Part shown: piece by piece, positions 51,172 through 57,878 of the stretch
Position numbering within the stretch: the stretch's first letter is position 1
Layout: every line of letters begins with the position of its first letter
Source of the DNA: a virus
Taxonomy: Duplodnaviria; Caudoviricetes
Reading direction: 5' to 3' (one strand)
IMG/VR virus record: IMGVR_UViG_3300043178_000021
Location: 1-57,878 of that record
DNA length: 57,878 nucleotides
Translations under genes and position numbers: made by a program
The notes under the pieces: model-generated
Told to the model about the DNA's origin: nothing
The model's input: the letters and a program-made list of their open reading frames with translations, nothing else
Database searches by the model: none

Positions 51172-53139
51172 ATGCTGCCGATCCGCATCACCAACTTTGG
51201 AGGAGTGGCGCCTCGCATCGAGGCCGAGCAACTGCCGGCCAATGGCGCAACGGTCGCCGAGAACGTGCGCCTGCTCTCGCACGGCCTTCGGCCATGGAAG
51301 GGATTGGCGGAGGTGTTCTCCTCGGCGAAGCCGGTGGTGAAAGCGATGTACCGCATGTACTCGGCAGACATGCTCACCGACTACTGGAACACCTGGATCG
51401 ACGACGTTGACGTGGTGCGCGCACCGTTCGCAGACGCAGAGTTTCGCATCTATTACACCGGAGACAGCTCTGGGACCGGCGGCCCGCACAAGACGAACCG
51501 GACCATCGCAACAGCCTCCGGGAATTACCCGAACGATTACCTGGAGATGGGGATTCCGAAGCCAGCGACGGCGCCAACCATCAGTGGGTACACAGGTGGT
51601 GTTGGGGCCAATGTCACGGAGAGCTATGTCTACACCTACTACTCGAGCGCATGGGGGGAGGAGGGACCGCCCAGCGACCCAGTAACAGGAACCGGCAAGA
51701 CGGATGCGACCTGGACGGTTACCATCGGCGGTGCTGGCGCTCCAGCGGGCAAGTACGACATCGACAAGAAGCGTATCTACCGAACCGTCACGGCTACGAG
51801 CGGCCTTGTCGATTTCTACTTTGTGGCCGAGGTCACGGTAGCGACGACATCCTACGCCGATAACCGCACGACAAACCTGGACAGCGTGATCGTTCGCAAC
51901 GGGCCAATCCCAAGCGTAGAAATCGACATCAACGGCAATTTCGTTGTCGGATCGACGTGGGACCCACCAGACGTTTCTGGCCGGGGACTGCGTGCTGGCC
52001 CGAACGGCATCCTGTCGATGCACTTCGGGAACACGCTGGCGATGTGCGAGCCGAACAAGCCGCACGCCTGGCCGATCCGCTATCGCTACACCGTCCCCCA
52101 TCCGATCGTGGCCCACGGTTGGATCGGGCGCCTGTGCGTAGTGGCGACCAGGGGACAGCCGTTCCTGTTCGTTGGTGATCATCCGCTTTCGATGTCCAGA
52201 GAGCCGATCCGACGCACTGACATGGCCTGCGTATCAAAGCGCAGCTTCGCCATTCTTCCGTGGGGCGCGGCGTGGGCCGCGCCAACCGGCCTCGCCGTTG
52301 CTGGAGCTGGGGCGCCTGGGGTCGTCACGCTGCCGTGGATGAGCGAACGAGAGTGGACGCTGCAAGTCTACCCGAGCACCATCATTGGCGTAGCCTTCGA
52401 GGACTCATACCTGGGGTTTTTCAACACCGGAACGCAGCGCAAGGCGTTCCTGTTCGACCCGACCAACGAGCAGGGGCCGTTCACGTTCCTCAATTACGCG
52501 GTAGATGGGGCCTACGTCGATCCTGAGAGCGGGAAACTCTACTTGTCGAAAGACAACAAAGTGCGTTCGTGGGATGCTGATGCGAACAACTATCAGGATT
52601 TCGAGTGGCGCTCCAAGGTGTTCGTGCTGCCGAGGGAGCAGAACTACGGTGCCTATAAAGTAGAGGCGAACTATTCCGAGATCGACGCCTATTCGGCGCA
52701 GGCCGCTAGCCAACTCGCGGCCGACATCGCCTACAACGTCACGTTGATCGGTTCGCTGACCGACAGCTACGCGAACACCAGTGCCGGCAGATTCCGCTCA
52801 GGGTTCGGGGATCAAGCCTACGGGAGCTACAACCCGTCCTCAGACGCAGCTTGGAATCCCACGCCGTATCAGTCCTTCTACGGCGGCGGAGGGCTGCTGC
52901 GCGATCTGAACCACTCCAGCGTCTCAATGCGCGCGCTGCGGTTGCTGGTCTACGCCTACGACAAGACTGCGAAGGCCATGACGCTACGGCAGACGGTGGA
53001 GCTTTCGTCCTCAGAGCCCGGAACATTGATCTCCGGCTACTCGGCAAATCGCTATCAGTTTGCCCTGCTCGGGAACATTACGGTGAGTCCCGATATTCGC
53101 ATTGCCCAGAACCAACGCGAGTTGTCCGCTCTGGCATGA
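51172..53139 (+). CDS. Tail nozzle / packaged-DNA stabilisation protein
   Basis: FGGVAPR...LP, YVYTY..WGEEGPPS, RIYRT, EPNKPHAWP, CVSKRS, WRSKVF. Confidence 0.8.
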   Translation: MLPIRITNFGGVAPRIEAEQLPANGATVAENVRLLSHGLRPWKGLAEVFSSAKPVVKAMYRMYSADMLTDYWNTWIDDVDVVRAPFADAEFRIYYTGDSSGTGGPHKTNRTIATASGNYPNDYLEMGIPKPATAPTISGYTGGVGANVTESYVYTYYSSAWGEEGPPSDPVTGTGKTDATWTVTIGGAGAPAGKYDIDKKRIYRTVTATSGLVDFYFVAEVTVATTSYADNRTTNLDSVIVRNGPIPSVEIDINGNFVVGSTWDPPDVSGRGLRAGPNGILSMHFGNTLAMCEPNKPHAWPIRYRYTVPHPIVAHGWIGRLCVVATRGQPFLFVGDHPLSMSREPIRRTDMACVSKRSFAILPWGAAWAAPTGLAVAGAGAPGVVTLPWMSEREWTLQVYPSTIIGVAFEDSYLGFFNTGTQRKAFLFDPTNEQGPFTFLNYAVDGAYVDPESGKLYLSKDNKVRSWDADANNYQDFEWRSKVFVLPREQNYGAYKVEANYSEIDAYSAQAASQLAADIAYNVTLIGSLTDSYANTSAGRFRSGFGDQAYGSYNPSSDAAWNPTPYQSFYGGGGLLRDLNHSSVSMRALRLLVYAYDKTAKAMTLRQTVELSSSEPGTLISGYSANRYQFALLGNITVSPDIRIAQNQRELSALA

Positions 53140-53378
53140 GGACACAGCCGATCGTCAAGCCGCAAGCCCCGGTGCTGGATACAGTGCCACGGGAGACGGC
53201 CAACGCGCTGCGCCCGATCATCGAGACGCTGGACATCATCACTGGCAACAAGCCCAACTATCCTCCGCTCGAGCAGTTTCCGCAACTGGCGGCGAGCGCA
53301 ACGCTTGCGGACACCATCAGCCGGTTGAATGCGATCACCACGCAACTGAACGAGTTGATTCGCAGGGTGCAGCGATGA
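53136..53378 (+). CDS. Small tail-module protein
   Basis: LRPIIETLDIITG...LNELIRR. Confidence 0.7.
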   Translation: MRTQPIVKPQAPVLDTVPRETANALRPIIETLDIITGNKPNYPPLEQFPQLAASATLADTISRLNAITTQLNELIRRVQR

Positions 53379-53944
53379 TCCTGCATTCGATGATCGTGGA
53401 CAGCTTCCTGGGCGACTTCAATGCTGCGCGCGCGCATCTGGATGGAGCGATCTTCGGAGATGCGCGCAACCCGCAGGACGGCGTGGTGTACCCTGGCATC
53501 TGCCTGGACATTCCTCAGCGTGAGGAGGTCATTGCAAGGCTGTCTGCGACGCTCGGACATGCAATCAAGCTGCACTGGTTGTTCGCGCGCATCTCGCGGG
53601 CTGGAGAGCACGCTCCGCATCAAGCGCACACCGATGTCGTCATGGGGCAGTACACGCTGATCCTCTACATGAATCGGCCGGAACACTGCGTCGGGGGAAC
53701 GACGATTCTGATCCACAAATCCGGAATGCATCGCCATCCTCAAACCGAGGAGGAACGCGCAATGTGGCAGCAGGACTGCAACGACGCCGAAAAGTGGTGG
53801 GTTGTCGGCGGCGCGCCGATGATGGCCAACCGCGGGTTCATTGTGCGAAGCGACGTGTTTCACCGATCTGAGCCCATCGGAGGCTTTGGTCAGACTCCGC
53901 GCGACGCGCGCATGGTAATTGTTGGGTTCTTCGATTTCGCATGA
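53375..53944 (+). CDS. 2OG-Fe(II) oxygenase-like (DUF6445-like) protein
   Basis: IVDSF, YPG, HTD, LILYMN, GGT, NR....SDVFH, R...VGFF. Confidence 0.75.
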   Translation: MILHSMIVDSFLGDFNAARAHLDGAIFGDARNPQDGVVYPGICLDIPQREEVIARLSATLGHAIKLHWLFARISRAGEHAPHQAHTDVVMGQYTLILYMNRPEHCVGGTTILIHKSGMHRHPQTEEERAMWQQDCNDAEKWWVVGGAPMMANRGFIVRSDVFHRSEPIGGFGQTPRDARMVIVGFFDFA

Positions 53945-54375
53945 ACGTCAGAAACGCCGTTACTGGTGACTTCGGCTGGATGGCGGCCTGGGGCCAGGAG
54001 TTCGTGCGCTCCGCCTATGGTGGCGATTACTCCAGGCCGGCTGTGATTGAGATGCTCCGCATGCTGATGGAGAACCATGTTCTGCTGGTCGCTGAACGTG
54101 AGGGCGGGATTCCGCTGGCAATGGCTGGGGCGATGCTATTCCCGCGGTGGTGGAATCCGGCTATGGTTGAGGCGATCGAGCTGTTCTGGTGGGTCACGCC
54201 AGACGCACGCCGCTGCGGCGTCGGTCGTATCATGCTCGAATCGCTGGAGCTGCGGTGCAAGGAACGTGGGGCCGCAAAAATGACGATGGTGCGAACGGCG
54301 AACCTGGATCTGACGCAGATGTACCTGCGGCGAGGCTATGCGCCGCTTGAGGAGCACTTCTCGAAGGAACTGTGA
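53941..54375 (+). CDS. GNAT acetyltransferase
   Basis: ELFWWVTPDARRCGVG...YLRRGY. Confidence 0.85.
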   Translation: MNVRNAVTGDFGWMAAWGQEFVRSAYGGDYSRPAVIEMLRMLMENHVLLVAEREGGIPLAMAGAMLFPRWWNPAMVEAIELFWWVTPDARRCGVGRIMLESLELRCKERGAAKMTMVRTANLDLTQMYLRRGYAPLEEHFSKEL

Positions 54376-54376
54376 C

Positions 54377-55414
54377 ATGGCTGTTGCGATTGCGAGCGCG
54401 GTAGCGGGGGCGGCGGTGTCGGGCGCTATCGCGTCGGCCAGCGCCGATGACTACGGAGCGGAGGAGTACAACGCTTCGGCGGCGGCCGCGGAGCAGCAGC
54501 GTGCCCGCATCGCCGGTGATATGTACTCCTACTACAAGCAGTATTACCGCCCCCTCGAGACCCAGCTCATCGAGGACGTAAAAGGGATCGGGACGGCAGA
54601 AGACCAGGAGCGCGAAGCCGGCGCGGCGCAGGCGGAGGTTGCGCAGGCGTTCAAGATCGGCAGAAAGAACATTGAGCGCGCGCAGCAAGCGCGCGGTATA
54701 GATCCGGGCTCTCCAGCCGCGACCACGGCAATGGATACCTCCAGGCTTGCCGAGGCAGGCGCGCAGTCCGCCGCGGGCTATGGGGCCCGCCTGGCGTCTC
54801 GCGATCGCGGCATCGGCCTGCGGTTCGATATGGTCAATGCGGCCCGTGGTACGCCGACACAGGCGGCGGCTCAATTCGGGGCCGCCGCCAACAGCTACTT
54901 TGATGCGGCAAACGCCGGCTGGAGACAGGAGGCGCTCGACCAGTATTCGGCTGGGCAGGCCGTTGGGCCGATCTTCAGGGCGGCATCTGATTGGTTCCGG
55001 GGACAGCGCGCGCCGCCAAAGAGCACTGCCGGAACTCCATCCTACGCAGGCCAGGCTACGCCGTTCGGCGGCATTGGGACGGTGCAGCCATCTACCTCCT
55101 TTCCTGGAGTGGGTGGGGTCAACCCAAGCATGAGTTCGTCGTCCGCAGCCTCGAATCTCTGGCTCGAGCACGGAGGGCCGGTGCGCGGACCGGGCACGGG
55201 AACCAGCGACTCGGTCGCCGCGCTGAACACGGACACGGGAGACGCCATGCGCCTGTCGGACGGCGAGTTCGTTCTCCCGGCATCCGTTGTGCGCCGCGTT
55301 GGTGAGGAGAGGCTGGAGAAGATGATCGAGCAGCACGGCAGTCCGGAGGATGTTGACGCACTGCACCGCCGGCGCGGCTGGGGGGTCAAAGGAGGGCGAG
55401 ATGTTCGGCGTTAA
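54377..55414 (+). CDS. Internal virion/ejection protein with a C-terminal GPGTGTSD...SDGEFV domain
   Basis: Ala/Gly-rich N-terminus, YRPLE, RGIDPGS, HGGPVRGPGTGTSDSV...LSDGEFVLP. Confidence 0.75.
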   Translation: MAVAIASAVAGAAVSGAIASASADDYGAEEYNASAAAAEQQRARIAGDMYSYYKQYYRPLETQLIEDVKGIGTAEDQEREAGAAQAEVAQAFKIGRKNIERAQQARGIDPGSPAATTAMDTSRLAEAGAQSAAGYGARLASRDRGIGLRFDMVNAARGTPTQAAAQFGAAANSYFDAANAGWRQEALDQYSAGQAVGPIFRAASDWFRGQRAPPKSTAGTPSYAGQATPFGGIGTVQPSTSFPGVGGVNPSMSSSSAASNLWLEHGGPVRGPGTGTSDSVAALNTDTGDAMRLSDGEFVLPASVVRRVGEERLEKMIEQHGSPEDVDALHRRRGWGVKGGRDVRR

Positions 55415-57731
55415 CCTTGCCGGCGCCGGCCGCGTCATGAAGGGCGCGGCCGACTTCAACGCCCAGGCCGATGCGGATTCCTTTGCCAGAAAAAGCTACG
55501 GCTACCGTGAAGGCGTCATGCGCGACGAGGAGCGCATGCGCCCGGAGCGGATGGCGGTCGAGCGCGCCGAGCTGGGCGTGCGCAGGAAGGTAGCCGAGAC
55601 TGCTGCTGCCGACTTTGCCGACGACGATCGGGTTCGCAATCGGCTTGCCGCGGCACGCGAACAGAGCGTGTCCGAAGGGCAGAAGCGCGGCCTGTCCCCG
55701 ATGGACGTCTACACCAAGCTGTATCTCCCCGAGGCGCAAAAGATCTACCTGGAGTCGAGGATGCCTGAGAAGGCGCAGGCGATCGACGACTTCATGCGGT
55801 CGCAGAGAGGCCGCGCATATCTCTACCAGTGGGACGAAATGAATCGCTCGCTCGCCTTCGGCGACTTGGTCGGAGCGGCGAAGATTGCGGAGGATATGTG
55901 GAATAGCCACAACCCGGACAAACCGGCGAAGGTGGAGCCTCCGTCACTGGTCCCAGAGGAGGCGGGGAATTTCACGGGAAAGTTCAGAATCACTACGACC
56001 ACGGACCAGGGTCCGCAGATGGTCGAATACACCCCGAGTCAGTTCGTGCGCATCATGCAAAGCCTGTCCTCTGGTCTGCTATCGCCAGAAGCGCGCGCTG
56101 CCGCCTGGGCTGCCGCCGACGCGGAAAGCGCGAAGTACAACCGCGAGGCCGCGATCGAGGCGCTCAAGAGCAACCTTCGCATGAGCGAACAACAGGCGAA
56201 GGCGGCGATCGAAGGCGGCGAGTTCATGATCGGCACACAGCGCGTCGGCGATGATGAGCAGACGATTGTCGTCTCAAAGCGTCCGGGCCCTGATGGGCGT
56301 CCGATCGTCTTCCCGCTTGGGCGCCCGGGCTCGAAATTCCAGTCAACCATCGTTCCATCTGCGCTCGATTCGCGTACCGCCTACGTGGCGCGAGGCAGCA
56401 ATGTCGGCGTGTTCACGCCCGGCGAAAAGGGCGTTGCCCCATCTACGACGTGGTACGGAGACAGCAGACCAGGGCGTCCCGGCACGCCGCCACAGGTACA
56501 GTGGGCACCACGCGGCGATGGGTACGGCGGGGCGCCGCGCGCTCAGCCTGCGCAACCCGGCGCTGCAGCGCCGCAGACACCGCCTTGGGTCAATGCCTGG
56601 GTAGCGGCGAACACCAAGGGTGGTGCAGCGCCGGCGGTAGAGTTCGGCGCCTACGAGGATCCGACCACTGGCGCCACGGTTCAAGGGTGGCTCGCGACCG
56701 ACCCGACGACCGGGGAGACGGTTGCCCTCAGCCTCGCCGATCCGAATGCACAGCAACAGGGGGCGGTATTGGGAGGTCGCGGCACGCAGTCCACCGGCGC
56801 GCCCGCGCAGGGCTACGGATTGCGTCCCGACCTTGGCTCCGGCGCAATTCCGCCGGTGACGCAGCAACTCAGAAGGCCGCGCCCTGACCTTGGGGCTGGG
56901 GCCATTCCTCCGGTGACGACTCCCGCGCGCGCCGCGCCTCCTGGAGCTGGACCGAGTGCCGCGCCGCCCATCCCTCCGGCGCAAGGGCCGCGCTCCGACA
57001 TGGCGCCGAGTTCCGTCCCGGCGGTAACCACGGATCTGCGCGGCCCCTCGATGGAGGGCCCATCGCGCACCAGCAAGGACGTCGGTTTCGGCGTGCGCAA
57101 CGTCACTGTCGCGCCGGATGTAGAGGCCGCCGCCGCTCGCGCTGAAGGGCAGGCCGCCGCCGCGCGAGAGCAGGACTGGCTCAGGATGCAGGACGAGGAG
57201 ACCGCCCGCACCGCGGCCCAGGCGCAGTCTGAGGGGATGGCCGTCGAGTGGGGGGCGCGTGACAGTGCGGACGCGCTGAGCGCCGAGGACGCCGCCGGGA
57301 TCCCGCCGGTCGTGAGTACGATTCCGGGGGCGCCATCCGGGCGCGCCGCCGTTACACCGCCCCGCCCGGCGCAGCCGAAGCAGGCGCCGCAGGCGGCTCC
57401 CAAACCAGCCCCGGCGCAAAAGGCCAGCCCGGCAAAGCCCAAGCCGGCACCAAAGGCCGCGCCCAAGCCGAAAGCGTCCAAACCGCCAGCAACCGCCGGG
57501 GACGTGCGCAAGGCCGATCAGAAGCCGCGCCTCAAGGAACTGCAGGACCAAGCGCGCGCCAACGAGAAGCGCATCGAAGAACTCGAGATCATGGCGCGCA
57601 CCGCGAAGTGGAAGGGGAACCAAAAAGAAGCCGAGCGCCTCCAGGCGGAGGCGGATAGACTTGTCCCTGGGCTGCACGAAATCCGCAGGCAGATTCGGGC
57701 GATCGATCCGAACTTAAGCGGCATGGAGTGA
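55401..57731 (+). CDS. Internal virion/ejection protein, Pro/Ala-rich
   Basis: SD AAGGAGG; sits between an ejection gene and the SLT protein on the circle. Confidence 0.7.
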   Translation: MFGVNLAGAGRVMKGAADFNAQADADSFARKSYGYREGVMRDEERMRPERMAVERAELGVRRKVAETAAADFADDDRVRNRLAAAREQSVSEGQKRGLSPMDVYTKLYLPEAQKIYLESRMPEKAQAIDDFMRSQRGRAYLYQWDEMNRSLAFGDLVGAAKIAEDMWNSHNPDKPAKVEPPSLVPEEAGNFTGKFRITTTTDQGPQMVEYTPSQFVRIMQSLSSGLLSPEARAAAWAAADAESAKYNREAAIEALKSNLRMSEQQAKAAIEGGEFMIGTQRVGDDEQTIVVSKRPGPDGRPIVFPLGRPGSKFQSTIVPSALDSRTAYVARGSNVGVFTPGEKGVAPSTTWYGDSRPGRPGTPPQVQWAPRGDGYGGAPRAQPAQPGAAAPQTPPWVNAWVAANTKGGAAPAVEFGAYEDPTTGATVQGWLATDPTTGETVALSLADPNAQQQGAVLGGRGTQSTGAPAQGYGLRPDLGSGAIPPVTQQLRRPRPDLGAGAIPPVTTPARAAPPGAGPSAAPPIPPAQGPRSDMAPSSVPAVTTDLRGPSMEGPSRTSKDVGFGVRNVTVAPDVEAAAARAEGQAAAAREQDWLRMQDEETARTAAQAQSEGMAVEWGARDSADALSAEDAAGIPPVVSTIPGAPSGRAAVTPPRPAQPKQAPQAAPKPAPAQKASPAKPKPAPKAAPKPKASKPPATAGDVRKADQKPRLKELQDQARANEKRIEELEIMARTAKWKGNQKEAERLQAEADRLVPGLHEIRRQIRAIDPNLSGME

Positions 57732-57878
57732 GATGGACTACGTCGCCGAGCATGCGCCGAAGTACCCTGAAGTAGACCCGGACTTTGTGCGCGCCATCAT
57801 CCAGAAGGAGTCTGGCGGAAATCCGCGCGCCACCAACCTGGAGGCTGCCTCTGTTGGCGGCGCGCATGGCCTTGGGCA
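57636..57878. repeat. Terminal direct repeat / circular overlap, right copy
   Basis: Matches 1-243. Confidence 0.97.

Noticed and set aside
1-57878. tRNA or rRNA genes
   Set aside because: No cloverleaf or T-loop consensus noticed in the few intergenic gaps; tRNAscan-SE would be needed to exclude them formally

Overview
The window is an apparently complete, circularly permuted, GC-rich tailed-phage genome. Bases 1-243 recur at 57636-57878 with 4 mismatches, giving a unit length of about 57,635 bp. It has a podovirus-like morphogenesis module (TerS, TerL, portal, scaffold, N4-gp56-type major capsid, adaptors, tail fibre, nozzle, ejection proteins), a 1116-aa SLT + DdrB-ParB protein, and a 3607-aa DarB-like polyvalent protein (iPPase-like, N6-adenine MTase, Strawberry-notch helicase, RadC/JAB, PRTase). 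It also has a recombination block, a Cro-like gene plus a lambda-O-like initiator with a probable internal origin, two beta-helix proteins, a methyltransferase-GT9 fusion and a leftward operon of small early genes. I recognised no integrase, CI, DNA polymerase or free endolysin. Two things stand out. (1) Small genes with their own Shine-Dalgarno sites are nested in the +1 frame inside the low-complexity linkers of both giant proteins, and one looks like a family normally found as a standalone gene. (2) An integrase-less array of integron attC sites (20.1-23.1 kb) carries a decayed cassette and DNA-modification genes. All family assignments come from motif recognition by eye; no searches were run.
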